A stretch of 64,000 nt of DNA from Rhina ancylostomus (GCA_030265395.1 JARFYF010000053.1:15404515-15468514); one strand, 5' to 3'. Counted from the stretch's first letter, positions 50,340 through 63,955 are shown. Translations and numbers: made by a program. The notes: generated from the letters alone by a model not told the origin.

Positions 50340-51086
50340 GCCAAGGGCAACTTTATTGTTTAAGTACCATAGGAAGCCCTAATTGGTCTTGACAATGTGG
50401 TGGTGAATCATTTCTTTCACTGGAGTGATAGTTTGAGGAGATTCCTGGACTTTGACCTAACAACAATCAACAAAACAGTGTTAGATGTCCTTGGAGGGCT
50501 TACACATGCTACCCTTGTCCTTCTGTAAGTAGAGATCATCAGTTTAGGTGGTACTATTGAAGTCCTGCTGAGTTGCTATGGTGCATTTTGTAGATTGGAT
50601 ACACTGCAACCAGTGTACACAATGATGGAGAGAATGAATGTTTAAAGTAGTGGTAGGACACCCATCAGGCAGGCTGCTTTGTCCTGGATGACATTGAGAT
50701 ACTTGAGTGTTGTTTGAGCTCCACTCATCCAAGCAAATGAAGGGTATTTTGTCACACTTTTGGTGTTCCATTTAGATGGGGAAATGGCTTGGTGGAATAA
50801 GGAGGTGAAATATTCAGTGTAAATAATCACAGGAGCCACAGTATAAATGTGGTTGATCCAGTTAAACTTAGGAGGTCAATGATCAGCACTGACTCAGTGG
50901 GTCAAAGAACCCATTTCCATGCTGTATGTCTCCATGACTCGATGACTAATTCTGCTCAATACTCTTGCCCAGGATTTTGATGGTGGGTGACTCAACGAAG
51001 GTTATGCTCTTGAATCTCAGGGAGAGATGGTTAAGCTCTCTCTTGATGGAGGTAATTTTTGCCTGTCACTTGCCACATATCAATCT
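50340..51086 (-). mobile_element. Non-LTR retrotransposon ORF2 C-terminus (clade uncertain, RTE-X-like); 3' tail copy on + at ~48240-48360
   Basis: Frameshifted peptides '...KYPSFAWMSGAQTTLKYLNVIQDKAACLMG' and 'TTLNIHSLHH' match a common elasmobranch LINE I recall (EYSPLAWMSAAPTTLKKLDTIQDKAARLIG...NIHSLHHRR). A short CR1 tail is nested at ~50880-50945. Confidence 0.75.
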
Positions 51087-51590
51087 NNNNNNNNNNNNNN
51101 NNNNNNNNNNNNNNNNNNNNNNNNNNNNNNNNNNNNNNNNNNNNNNNNNNNNNNNNNNNNNNNNNNNNNNNNNNNNNNNNNNNNNNNNNNNNNNNNNNNN
51201 NNNNNNNNNNNNNNNNNNNNNNNNNNNNNNNNNNNNNNNNNNNNNNNNNNNNNNNNNNNNNNNNNNNNNNNNNNNNNNNNNNNNNNNNNNNNNNNNNNNN
51301 NNNNNNNNNNNNNNNNNNNNNNNNNNNNNNNNNNNNNNNNNNNNNNNNNNNNNNNNNNNNNNNNNNNNNNNNNNNNNNNNNNNNNNNNNNNNNNNNNNNN
51401 NNNNNNNNNNNNNNNNNNNNNNNNNNNNNNNNNNNNNNNNNNNNNNNNNNNNNNNNNNNNNNNNNNNNNNNNNNNNNNNNNNNNNNNNNNNNNNNNNNNN
51501 NNNNNNNNNNNNNNNNNNNNNNNNNNNNNNNNNNNNNNNNNNNNNNNNNNNNNNNNNNNNNNNNNNNNNNNNNNNNNNNNNNNNNNNNNN

Positions 51591-51680
51591 CTGTGTAATG
51601 AATTGACCTGTATGATCAATATGCAAGACAAGTTTTTCACTGTACCTCGGTACAAGTGACAATAATAAACCAATACCAAT
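51591..51680 (+). mobile_element. Rex1/Babar-like LINE 3' tail (second copy on - at 55497-55765)
   Basis: 'tatgcaagacaagtttttcactgtacctcggtacaagtgacaataataaaccaataccaat'. The reverse complement 'attattattgtcacttgtacc...cagtgaaaaacttgtcttg' is at ~55510. Confidence 0.7.
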
Positions 51681-52819
51681 ATGACAAGAAAATCTGTAAC
51701 TCTTGCCCACTTTGGCCGATTTGTGTCTCACTGTAATTCAATTTACTCTTAACTACCCTCTATAATGACTCAGAAGGGTGCACCAGCTTGAAAATGCAAT
51801 GCAGCAACTTGCTAAGACTTCCTCAACAGAATTCCTAAATCAGCTATTCAAGGCAATTCTGGCAGTAAAGTTCTTTGGGATTCCTTGAACTTGTGAAAGG
51901 GTGTGTTTGCTGCAAATTAATCTTTTAATGTTTTATCCTAAAAATGTTTATGAGTTGATACGTCTGAATTTCTCTTCCAATGGGAGTCATCAGGATGGTG
52001 GGGCCAGGGTCAGAAGTAGGAAAACATTACTCTGGTGTAGAATTGGCTGAATATTTGCCTGATTTGAGGGTGTGGATAAAGAATAAAATATCACTTCAAA
52101 ACAAAATATGTGGAATTGTGGTTCAAACCAAATAACTATGACAAAAAACAATTTTCTACACAGTTCTGAATGGCACTTGAATAAATTATCTTGACAGTAT
52201 CCATGGCTTTCTGGAAAATGCAGGGGTTACAGTTTCTTTGTTGCTAAGAACTATTTCCTAACAAGAGCTGGAAAAATATCATCAGACCAGGAAAACAAAT
52301 CACATCGCTAACTCAACAGAAATAAATCTAATCCAGCTCACACAAGATAGTTTAAAGAAAGTGCTCTGACTATTATTGGAGTGCAGGTCCAAGATTTTAG
52401 GAGAAATCAAAGGAGCTGGAGTTAGTGCAGGAAAATGATACTAAAATAACAAGTCAGCTGTGAGCTTATTGAATAGTAGAGAATACACAAGGAGCCAACG
52501 ACCTACTCGTGCTATTATTTATATTCTTAAGAACGCTGACTCTCACAGGGTAGTGATCACATGAGCACAGATTCTCAGTAGGTATGGGTTCCACTGGTGC
52601 TAACTCTCATTGGTTTATGGGGTTTGGGGCACAGATTTTTCCACAGGCACTGACTGTCACTGGGGTAGGAGTTGCCCTGGCAGGGACTTTCACTGGTGTA
52701 TGGGTCCCATGTGCGTTGGCTGCTTCTGGGGGGACAAGTTCCACAGAAACTGACACTCTACCAATCTTGTCCCAATTATCAGCAAAACAATGGAAACAAT
52801 GTTGTCAACATTGTTTTCA

Positions 52820-53060
52820 ATGACTCTTCTTCCCTCAGGATTGAGGATGATTTCCTTACATCCATGGGTTCTGAGAGTGGCTGATGAGGTCAATGTGGGC
52901 ACAGCAGATGGGTTGGTAGTTTGAAAGGTTCTGCAGCTTACACAGAGCTTATGTTTATTTCTGATGGATGTACTCAAGGTTGTCAATAGCATCTGAAATT
53001 CTCCTTCTCCATGGTCAGTAGAAACGTTGCACTTCCTCAAGGAAGCTTTCAGCACACTTG
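52820..53060 (-). mobile_element. RTE-clade LINE 3' fragment, degenerate
   Basis: 'ttgaggatgatttcctt...atgggttctgagagtggctgatgaggtcaatgtggg...gcacttcctcaaggaagctttcagcaca'. Confidence 0.5.
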
Positions 53061-54657
53061 TACACCTACTAAGATATGAAACTTTAGTTCCACACCATTG
53101 CTATATTTCAGACCACTTTACAACCCTACTCTAAACTTCACCAGAAAAGCTAAATTCCAGAGATTGAATGCCCTGTGCATCAGTGCAGCTTTTTATCAAG
53201 CATAGCATCAGAGCAAGAGGTGCATGGGAAAACCATCTTCATCCCTTCCATTTCTCTACCTTATAAATAGATTGCTTTCCCTTCACTATTGTTGGTTCAA
53301 TATTAAACTCCTTACTTATAAGTGTGTCTGGTGGATGTTCACCACAGAGACCACAGAAGTCATAATCTTTACAAAGGCAATAAGACTGACAATAAAAGCG
53401 TCCTTGGCAGCAATGCCCACAATGTAAGTGAATAATAAGAATTTTTTCAGACTAAACCTCTGATGTTGTTTAGGATACAGGTTCCCAAACCCTGACTCTC
53501 TTTGAGGTTACATTTCATAGGCTTGGACTTGAGATATGGATCTATGGACAGTGTCTGCTGCTGGAACCTCTCACAAGGGTATGGATTGCTCCCACATCCA
53601 CTCTTTCTGGGATGTATGTTCCAGATAAACTGCAGGATGTTGAAATTACTTGACAATAAAATCAGATAATTGTATCAATGGCATGGCATTTCATTCAGTT
53701 GACTGCAGGATAAAGCTGTAAGCCAGTGTGTCTCACTTCTGCTAGAGAAAGGGTTAAAGCACACTTGATGATGAATGATTTCAGTTTTCATTCAAATCTT
53801 ACCAAGGCCTTGGCACCAAATTTACTACAATAATAGAAGGTGACCTTTCAGAAATATTTGAAATAATCGGTAGGTAAAGCTGGCATTTAAAAAGCAATCA
53901 GAAAGTTTTATAACCTAGGATATCCCACAGGGTCTTAAATAGACCAAGACCTTGTGCCTCAGTAAATGTCTCTGTATTTCAGGTGGATATATGTTTACCA
54001 AAGACAGTCATGGATTTTTAACTTTGATAGGTGTTAAAGACAAGTATGACTTCTCTTTCTGGTGATCTAGTTGTACTCAATGGATACTGAGAGGACTCTG
54101 GGAGAACATTATCCATCCTGAATCATTTCATTAGCCTCTCAGCTTTCCCACTTACCCCACCTTTAATCTTGAAGTTCACAGGAATGTTGATGGGAGCACT
54201 TGCTCTAGGCATGCACGTGTGTTTATACGTGTGCACATGGCAACACAGCACAAGGGCAGCAGGAACATGGCAAGATCACTGTCTGCAGATTCTCCTCCAA
54301 GAAACAACATTTTCACAAATATGTCCCATTAACTTCATGTCATTTAGTGTCAATACTAAACTTTCTTACCCAGCAGCACAGTAGGGGAATCTTTCTAAAA
54401 GACAGCTCGCCACCATCTTCTCAAGGGAACTTAAGGATAGGCAAGAAATTCTGGTCACATCCCAAAAATGAACTTAAGTCAAAGTGTGTGGATGTGCGTG
54501 TGCACATTTCCAAATGTGTGTGAAATCTTATGTGCGTGAAATTTTATGTGTGCATACAGATTTGATGACAAAAAAGGCATTTCTGATGCCTCATATAGTT
54601 CAATTTCTCACCCATGTTCCCTGCGAACAATGGCTATTTGGGTTTGAGTACACTTAC

Positions 54658-54688
54658 CAGTTGCTCTCTGCTGTGCTACAATTTAAAG
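54658..54688 (-). other. Candidate 31-nt non-coding (5'UTR) exon of FOXP4
   Basis: tgccaatttcctttccttctAG|ctttaaattgtagcacagcagagagcaactg|GTAAGTG: strong pyrimidine tract, perfect GTAAGT donor, same strand as and upstream of the FOXP4 ATG exon, no ATG inside. Confidence 0.35.
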
Positions 54689-55859
54689 CTAGAAGGAAAG
54701 GAAATTGGCAAGATAAAATGTAAAAGTTCCCACAACTCTGCAGCCAAGATAACGTAAACTGTAACCTAATTATCGGAAAATCTCACTCGGAAAATCTGGA
54801 AGCCAGAGGGAGCTGCCAAACCATGCTATAAAGTTAAACAGTAAACACATTCAGAGACCAAAGCAAAATAGCAATCCCACTAAACAGGTACAACTCAATG
54901 GCAAATAAGATGGTTGGCAGCAAGACAGGAAATAAAAACCAGGCCTTGATATTTACAGGGAATCAACAAGGGAGGGAGAGATTTAGGCAGCATGGAGTGT
55001 TGTGGAAAAAGGGAGGGAGCAGGCAAGGGACCAAGCATGTCAGCAGCTCAAAAACTGGAAAGACTGGAGCAGTGGAAGTATCAGCAAATTTAAAGGAATA
55101 ATATCTTTTAAAGCTAGCTACCCATCAGATTGAAAGGATGGGCTGAGTGTTTTGCAGGAAACCCTGCCCACAAAAGCAGCAAGTGGTGTCTGGTTGAATG
55201 TCAAGATGACCTGGTGGAGGAGAGAGGGAGGAGAAAAGGAAGTGGAGAACCCATGGAGAAAATGCACTTGTGGGGGTGGTGGGTACTCCTGGAAGAGACT
55301 GGGAGGCAGAAACAATGGACACAACAATAGGAGGGTCTCGTTGCATGGACAGGGACAAAAGTAAGGAAGTAATCATGGGAAAGAAGGAATGACAGAGGAG
55401 ATCCTTGCCTGGCTGCTGTTATGGATGTTATCACAGTGCTGTCAATTAGAGCATTGATCTTAGCAGGCACACTGACAATGCAAAACTTTTGCGAAAATTA
55501 GTATTGGATTATTATTGTCACTTGTACCAAGGAACAGTGAAAAACTTGTCTTGTATACCGATAGTACAGNNNNNNNNNNNNNNNNNNNNNNNNNNNNNCA
55601 CAGAGTAAAAACAATAACAGAATACAGAGTGAAGTGTCACAGCTACAGGGAAGTGCATTACAGGTAGACAATAAGGTGCAAGGTCACAACAAGGTAGATT
55701 GTGAAGTCAAGAGTGCATCTCATCGTATAAGGGAACTGTTCAATAGTGTCATCACAGTGGCATAGAATCTGGAACAATGGGATAGAAAATATGTTCTCAG
55801 GTTGTGGTGAAGCTGGAAACTATTGCCCATCCTCATTATCCCAAGTAGGATTTGGCACA

Positions 55860-58600
55860 GCAATTAATCATGAAATCATGTCAATGATGATAGAGGTAAG
55901 CAGGGAATGGAAACTAATAGCAGTTGGATTAAAAAAATTCTAGTGGGTATTGTGTATAGGCCCCAGGTAGCAACTGTGAAGTGGCAAAATGTACCAGTCC
56001 AGAAATTAGAAACATTTGTCACAAAGGCAGAATGGTCTTAATAAGGGATTTTCATTTCTATTTTTCTTGTGATGGGTTGACGATCTCATGTCTGAGAGGC
56101 AGTGAAAATCTAGAGTGTGTTAAGGACGCAAAAATATGTTCTTGAATTAAAAGGCAGCAGGCTATATTAGATTTAATAATGAGTAATGAGCAAGGTTTAG
56201 TTAAACAGCCTGAAGGTACATGAACATTTCTCTAATATTGATTGAAATATGACCGAGTTCAAGGCAGGGAGAAACATTAAACATTAAAGCTGACTTTACT
56301 GAATTTTTGTAGAGACAAAAATTGTTCATGGCAAACTTGGGGCTTGGCAAATCTGCTCAAAAAACAATTGAATGTGATACAAATCATTTTAAAACCCTAA
56401 GGGGCAAAATATCTCCTTGCTAAAACAAATACCCATAGACAATTTAAAAGGTGAGGGACAACAAAATCTTTGAAAAAACACAAAAAAGGCAAGAACTAGC
56501 ACAGATTCTAAAGAATGGAAAATATATAGAGAATGCCTTAAAGAAAGCAAATCAGATATAGAATTAAAGAAAGGGATTATAAAGAAACTTCCAAAATTTT
56601 GAAAATCAATTCAAAAATGTTTACAATGAGCTAAAAGAGGGTAGTCAGATGCAATGTGGATTTCTTAAAAATGGTGAATAATCACCCTGTAAAGGAAAAT
56701 AAGAAATGGTGACCATGTAGAATGATTACTTTGTTTTAATATTTACATTTGAGAAAGAGGATAGTATCTCAAGAATGCCATATTTAAACAGGAAGAGACA
56801 ACAACTAGACATCAACTAAATAGCAGTGATGAAGAAAATATTGGAACTTTGGAGTGACAATTTCACCCGATCCAGATGATTTCCAACCCAAAATTTTAAA
56901 AGAAGCTGTTAAAGATGCATTGCCCATAAAACTTGTGAGGTTCTTTAAATCTGGGATCAGTTCCTTTAGATTAAAAAACCTGGACATATCACTCCAACAT
57001 TTACATGTAAAATGGACAGCTGGGAATTGCAGACTTGTTGTCTAACATTTGTTGTTAGGAAGTTATCTGAGAGAGAGAGTGACTGAACACCTTGAAAACT
57101 TGCAGTTGATTGGAGAGAAGAAGCATGAGCTTGTGAAGGATAGGTCAAGTTTGAGGAATACAGCTGAATCTTTTGAAGATATGACGAAAGCAGTGATGGG
57201 CAATATCTATGGATGCTAATTATGTGGACTTCTGGAAAGTATTTGATAAAGTCATCCTTAAGAGATTGTTAGTTAAATTGGGACTGAGGCCAGTTCATTT
57301 ACCATGCTGGGATATTGGTTGAACAACAAGAAAAAGTGTGCAGCGATAAAGGGCAGGAATTTAAATTGACTGGGTACTCATGGTGTCCCACAAAGACCTA
57401 TGCTTGGGCTGCAACTATATTTACAAATGATTTGGCTGGTGGGATAGAAAGCTATGCATCGTAAACAAGGAGAGAGAAACATTAATTTACAAAGAAATAT
57501 TAGGAGAGTGAGCATATGGATACATGCAGCATATGGATTTCAATGCAAGTAAGTGTGAGGGTGTCTGATTTGGACATAATAAGATTATACTTTATAAATA
57601 GTTAAAAGATAAAAGTAGCGGAGGTCCAATGAGACTTTGGGGTCCATAGAATATAAAATGAGACATGAGAAAGGGGAGCAGGAGTAGGCCACACGGCCTT
57701 TGAAACTGATGTGCCATTCACCAAGATCCTGACTTTGGGCCTCAATTCCATTCCATTTTCCTGTGTGATCCTTATCATCCTTGATTCCTCAATCGATGAA
57801 GGACTTTGATATCTCAGGCTTAAATAATGATTCATCATCCTCAGATCGCAGATACAAGGATTCATAACCCACTGACAGAAGAAATTCCTCCTCATCTCTC
57901 TCCTAAGTGGCTGCCTCCTAATCCCGAGACTACACCTAGTAATTCTAGAATCTTCTACCAAGGGAAATTATCCTAACAGTATTCATTCTGTCGAACTCTC
58001 TCAGAATCTTACACATTGAAACAAGATTATCTCTAATTCTTCTAAATTCCAGAGCATGTTGCCCTATTCTACTTAATCATTATTCACAGCCCAGCCAGTC
58101 TAGTGAATGTTTGTTGCATCTTCTCAAATGCAATGGAATGGTTCAGAAATAACCAAAATGACAAATGGATTACTAGAGGAAACTAGTTAGGTTATAACTG
58201 CACAAAGCCCTGATTAGACCAGGAACATAGTGAACAATTCTGGGCACCACACGCTGGACCATTGGACTTGGAGTGGGGGGATATTTTAAATGATATCTGG
58301 ATGCTAAAGTTTAAATTATGAGGAAATGTACAAATTAGTTTTGTTTTTCCTCAAATTTAGAAAGTTTATGGATGATATGATTGAAGTTTACACAATGGTA
58401 AGATGAAATGACAGGGCAGACAGAGCAAAACCAGTGATTTTGGTTGGGACATCTGTGGCTTGGGATTTGGTCAGGCCTTTCAGGCCGAAATTAGAACACA
58501 GTGGTAGAAGTTTGGAGCTCTCTTCCACAAATGGGGACTAATGGTTGATCAATTCTTAATTTTAAATCTAAAATTGATAGATTTTTGATAACCAAAGATC
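55860..58600 (+). mobile_element. Old CR1 LINE (endonuclease end through RT to 3' end) interrupted by an inverted CR1 3' fragment at ~57660-58130
   Basis: 'gtgtataggcccc' (VYRP), 'ggctatattagatttaataatgagtaatgag', SPDPDDFQPKILKE, 'atgagcttgtgaaggataggtca', 'atttgataaagtc', 'ggtgtcccacaa'. Nested 'gagcaggagtaggccacacggcc...aagaaattcctcctcatctc'. Host resumes 'caaagccctgattagacc...ttctgggcacc'. Confidence 0.85.
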
Positions 58601-59364
58601 ATGTTGAAAAGTTCTTCAGTCATTTATCTCCCATAATTTTAAGTAGAGTGACTGTGTGCGCGCACGTTTCCCCACATGCTCACTTCCCTACTTTCTGACT
58701 TAGTTTCTTTCTTTGATAGACCAAAACACACTTACATTTCACCCACATAAAAACATGCATGCACACAAATGCTTATCCTCACACATGGAATATATGCGGC
58801 CATGCTATTTATCACCTTCTCTCATACACACATACCACTCTTCTCTCTCCTACACAGACTGTTTTTCTTTCATGGTTTAGTTCAACAAAGTTTTTCACTG
58901 TATTTTATGTTATTTTTCTGCTCTGTTTCAACGTCCCAGGACCAAACCACCATAAACAGCACTGCTGGACACCCTTCCTGCAAAAGCTGGGAACCGTCAG
59001 CAGCAACAAGCTGAGAAGCTCAAATCAATTATAGCGGAGCCCAGACTACAAACACAGGTGAAATTAAACCTTCACAAACACTTCAAACAGCTGCAGTACT
59101 ATGACAATAGCACTCTCTGTTTACATTAAATATCTTTTTAAACCAAAAGGAACACGACATCATTATAAACAGCATTCTTCACTTAACATTACTGCATATT
59201 TAGTGAATGACTAACTGGTGGTGTCATGGTAACTGAAAGAAAAATAATGATTACAGAGGTCGACAAGACCCCAAGAGAAGGAGCATAGTACAGTTAGACT
59301 GAATAAGCAAAAGCTTGGGATTATAAGGAAGGAAGGTGGAGGTGAGAGAGGGGGTGGAGGAGAG

Positions 59365-60010
59365 AGTGGAATTATGTGTAACACAAGGAGTTATGCTTAC
59401 TAAACAGTGGTGTTACATAGGGAATTGTATGTATTAGACTGAAAGCTGTGCATACTGAAGAGTGGGTTATGTCGGGAACGATGCACATTGTACAGTGCAT
59501 TAACACACAGAACTGTGCATATTAAGTGCACTGTTGCACAGGGAACTGTGCCTGTTGAAGAATGTATTGCATAGGGAGTTGTGCACATTTAACAGTGTCT
59601 TGTACAGGAATAAAACAACATAAAATGCTGAAGATACTCAGCAGGTCAGGCAACATCTGTGGAGAAAGAAAGAAAGTTAACATTTCAGGTTGATAACCTT
59701 ACATCAGAATTGAAAAACTCAGAAAAGAAGCATATTTTAAGTTGCAGAGCAGGAGGATTAGAGCGAGGAAAGGGAATGTCTGTGGTAAGGTACAGATCAA
59801 GACTGTCCAGGTGATACAATAGCTATTGGTGCCATCTAAGAGAGGGTGATATATGCTTGTTAATCATAACTAATTGTCTGGATTGAGTATCTCTGACTGA
59901 TTCTGTTTTTATTTCAGATTTCCCACATCTGTAATATTTTCCTTTTTGTTTACTGTTTTACAAAGAATTGCATATTTTGAATAATGTGTTACAAAAGGGA
60001 CTATGCAGAA
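59365..60010. repeat. Degenerate ~33-bp minisatellite split by a Penelope-derived element (59610-59945)
   Basis: Units ttaaacagtggtgttacatagggaattgtatgta / ttgtacagtgcattaacacacagaactgtgcata / ttaagtgcactgttgcacagggaactgtgcctg / ttgaagaatgtattgcatagggagttgtgcaca. Similar units resume after 59945. Confidence 0.65.
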
Positions 60011-62584
60011 GAGTGCAAGGATTCAGGTCCAAAATCTCCAGTGAGGTGCACAGTCAAGCACCTCTGCATCAACTAGTTTGTGTAACATAGAGTGGAACAT
60101 GGTGGTGAATGCAGCGGCTACTGTGCAGGGATTGCAGGAGCCATGATAAATTGAAGGACTGGTACACAGGCACTCATTTAGAGGAGTGAGAAGGGTAAGT
60201 GAAGAGAGACTGGAGAGTGATGCAAGAGCAAGAAGGTCAGGTTATTAAAAGCTATGGAAATGCACAAATACCCTACATTGTGTATCTTCTTTCAAGTGCT
60301 TCAGAGCCTTTTTAATCAACATCAAGGCTTCACCATTGTACGATATGCACTCCCTGTTGTATGAAATGCAGCAGCCAATTTACACATGGCAAACTCCCAC
60401 AAACAGTAATGTGTTAATTACCTGTTGTAGTAATGATTGGTTGATGGCACCAGGTGGCAAAACTGATTGCACATTCTGCTTTCAAAAGAATTGAATTTGA
60501 ACCCATAACTATTTGGCTCAGATTGTATCCATGTGAGCCACTGATAATATAAATCTTGAAGTGGAGAGGTAGCCTTAGTGCTTTGATTTATCAGAGGGGC
60601 ATTGCTCCTAGGTCTGTCTCTACTTTTTCATGGTGCTCACCAAGGGATTGGGATCAGGATTCTTCACAGGCTTTTCCATTCCATGTATAAGTAGATCAAG
60701 TACTTCCCTGACCAAGCTCATCTGCCTCACCACAGGTCTTGCTTTATACCTGATGCCTTATCCTGTATAATGTCACTGACATAGGATGATATCAGCAGCT
60801 TAAATAAAGATCAACATAAGACCCTTGTTCATTTGGTTCCCAATCCAGTCAAGCATCATTGTTATTAAATGGAAATAGCAGTGACCACTCTGAGGATGGA
60901 ACAAATGTCCTGACAACCCTGGCCATTTCTGTCTTCATCTCTACCAGGATCCAAAGGGACTGTTTCCAATTTAATTCATACAGCATGCTTAAAATTAGAT
61001 TTAGACAAATTTTATTTTCTCTATCATCTAATTTTCTTATTTGCAATCCCAAGGGATCAGGAGTAAAATTAATAGAGGTCTCTCCACAGCAGCTGAATCA
61101 AAAATTCACCTTCTTGGAACGTGCAAATAAAAAAAAACGCTTTCAAGTTGTGATGTTCAAGGAACCTGAGCACAGAGCTACACAAATCCCATGGACACAA
61201 GGAGGAGTACAAACAGAGACTTTTCTGAGAACCTTGGATAGAGGTTTCTGCAAATATCAACAAGATAATTCAGCGAGGAGGAGGTATTCCTTTATCCTTG
61301 TCCTAATGATATTGATAGGATGCAGTTGCACAAATATTAGTTACCACTGATAATCTCAGTTGAGGGCAACTCCTCATCTATAAATTTAAACAGAGATTAA
61401 TAACTGACCAATCAAGATCAAGGGTTCACAATTGTACCTGGCCTAACAGAAGGAGAAGCCCTGTTGGCTTCTTACCTCTTGCTCAGGTTCTGAGGTTTAC
61501 CATTCATTACCAGATCTGAAGCTAGCAGCTTTCCTCAGTCTGCCTGAGAAAAACATAGAAATAGCTTTGTTCGTTTCCTGATAACTACTCATTCATCCCA
61601 CATACAGTTCAGGTGGATGTAAAGGATTCCACAGTATGATTCAAAGAAGAACATTTATTACTCAGTCTACACTGCCAGCAACTGGATTCATTTGCCAGTT
61701 GTCTCATGTGGGATCCTGCTATGCATAAACAGCTGTCAAAGTTGTTTAATCAACCACTGTATTTCAAAGGTGAACCAATGTGTGATGTGTTTTGGAGGAA
61801 TTTCACTGCAGCCAACTTTATTCCACAAAGAGTGCAGAATGAAAGGAAAGAACATGAACTCAAAATGCAGCATAACATTCAGAAAGCAGTTAAATGATTC
61901 TAAAGTGATAAAAACCACCAGACTAGAAGGAAAGAAATAAAGTGAAGTGATAACCGAGGATAAAATAAACTGAAGGCTGAAGGGGAAAGTCTGAGTGAAG
62001 GAGAAAAGGCAGTTTGAAGATCAGAGGCAAGAGAGAGAAACAAAGAGAATAGCACTAATCATGTAAGAGAAGGAAAGGGGTAGCAATAGAGGCAGACAAA
62101 GGAGGAGAGAGTACAGATAGAGAGAGACTGGAATAGTGTCAGCTAGTGATGAAGACAGAGAAAAATCATGAGGGAGCAACAGAAGACAGAAAGTGAGTGA
62201 TAATGGTTGTAGGGAGGGAAAGAACAGGAATTAAGTGAGAATCAACATGTGTGGGGAAAATGAAAGAAAAAGGATGAGTGGATATGTATGATTTTTAAGG
62301 GAGCTTGAAAGTTTTAAGATATTATTGCACTCCATAAACTCTATGCACTTTCTCTGGACTTTTTGTATTGATCCCTTCTTTGCTCTCATTCTCTTATTGC
62401 TCTTCATTCTCCGTCTCTCTGTTTCCAAAACACTCATTTATGTCAGTTTTCCTCTTTCACTCACTCTTAAGTTTCTCTGTCTGTGTCTCTTTTTTTCCTC
62501 TCTCCCTCTCTCGTTAATTCATGTTCATGGACACTGAATTTGGATCCAATCCAGGAGCAAGTCACCTGAGGGAAAAGGCAATAT

Positions 62585-62672
62585 TAATTCCGATTTAATC
62601 AGAATTAACTAACTTCCCTCCATATCCAGCAATACATTTCCATCCAAATTAGAGCTGATTGAATCGGAATTA
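62585..62672. repeat. 18-bp inverted repeat (1 mismatch) with a 52-nt spacer
   Basis: taattccgatttaatcag (62585-62602) versus ctgattgaatcggaatta (62655-62672). Confidence 0.8.
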
Positions 62673-63729
62673 GAAAGTATTATGGAAATGGGGCTTGAGA
62701 CTCAAATTTGACAGAAACCAACTTCATTTACAGATACAAAAAGCAATTTAACACAATTTTCTGATTACCATAAGTTTCCTAATCACCTTCACAGATCTGA
62801 AGAGTTCATATGGGAATACAAAGGCTTGTTCTTGTTGAGGGGACTCTGGGTCACCTTACATTCATCTCTAAAAACAAGGGCAAAGGAAGAACCAATGCCA
62901 GCCTCTGCCTAAAACAGGCAGATTTTTAACCCTTTAGGCTTTTAACCGTTCAGGTTTGCTTCCTTCTGATTTCATCTCTTCTCAGTCAAAATTTTGTTAC
63001 TTAAATGGGACAAGTGACTTCCAGCTAAAATCATCACAGTCTTTAACATGGAAACCAAATGCGGCAGTTGTGTTTAGCTACGGGACAACAGTTACTGTAT
63101 TGCATGATGTCAAATGAACAATCAGTGTTTGCAATGCCCATCAAGGGATTTCCTTTATCATATCCCTACCAATTACATTCTGCAAACAGCTGTCACACAA
63201 AGAAAGTTCCATCCAGTTTACTTTTGAATTTGCCAATTACCATCCAGCCTCAAACATTCCCCTGCAGTCATCCATTGTCTGAAGTGCTGGTAAATGTTTC
63301 ACCTTACTAAAGTGCTATGGAATAGAAACACAATCAACATTGGGGCATATGAAAGAAGTGCAGAGTTGGTCTTAATGTGTGTTCAATGGGCTGCTTCTCA
63401 ATGGGACATCATTAACAGCTGTCCTACCAATGGGCCAGTGCCTCATGAGAATGGAGAGAGAGCACATGGGCAGAGGTTGCACACCTAGCTTGACTGCTGT
63501 GTGTGAGTGAGTGTGTGATCAGACCAATTTAGCTGCGATTGCTCCAATGATTATTAAGAAGACACCACAATTTGTTTGGCAGAGGTTTGGATGGTACCTA
63601 AATATGCTCCATGTTTGTGGAAGAAGCAGAGCTGGATGAAGCTCTAGCTCTAAAGTTAAATGAAATACAGAAGTAAAACTGCTCTTTTATGAACTAATAT
63701 CCAAAGTCCAAAATCACCACATTTTATAA

Positions 63730-63955
63730 AAGATATTTATTTATTAGTCACATGTACATTGAAACACATAGTGAAATGCTTCGTTTTGCATTACAGAGAA
63801 TGTGCTGGAGGCAGCCTGAAAGTTCTGGCACTAACATAGCATGCCCACAACTCCTAACCTGTACATCTTTTGGAATGTGGGAGAAAACCAGAGCATCCGG
63901 ATGAAACCCACGCAGACATGGCAAGAACATACAAACACCTTACAGACAGTGGCCA
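63730..63955 (-). mobile_element. V-type (HE1-like) SINE, same family as 1468-1765
   Basis: 'tttattattagtcacatgtacattgaaacacatagtgaaatg...aacatagcatgcccacaactcctaacctgtacatcttttggaatgtgggagaaaacc...ccttacagacagtggcc'. Confidence 0.85.

Noticed and set aside
50965-51731. Long ORFs of 120-220 aa in the ORF track (also 2761-3299, 14148-14528, 28562-28788)
   Set aside because: Artefacts of translating through N gaps.
60859-61350. 163-aa ORF on the + strand
   Set aside because: No recognisable domain or convincing splice context; starts at a non-ATG codon and lies antisense in an intron.
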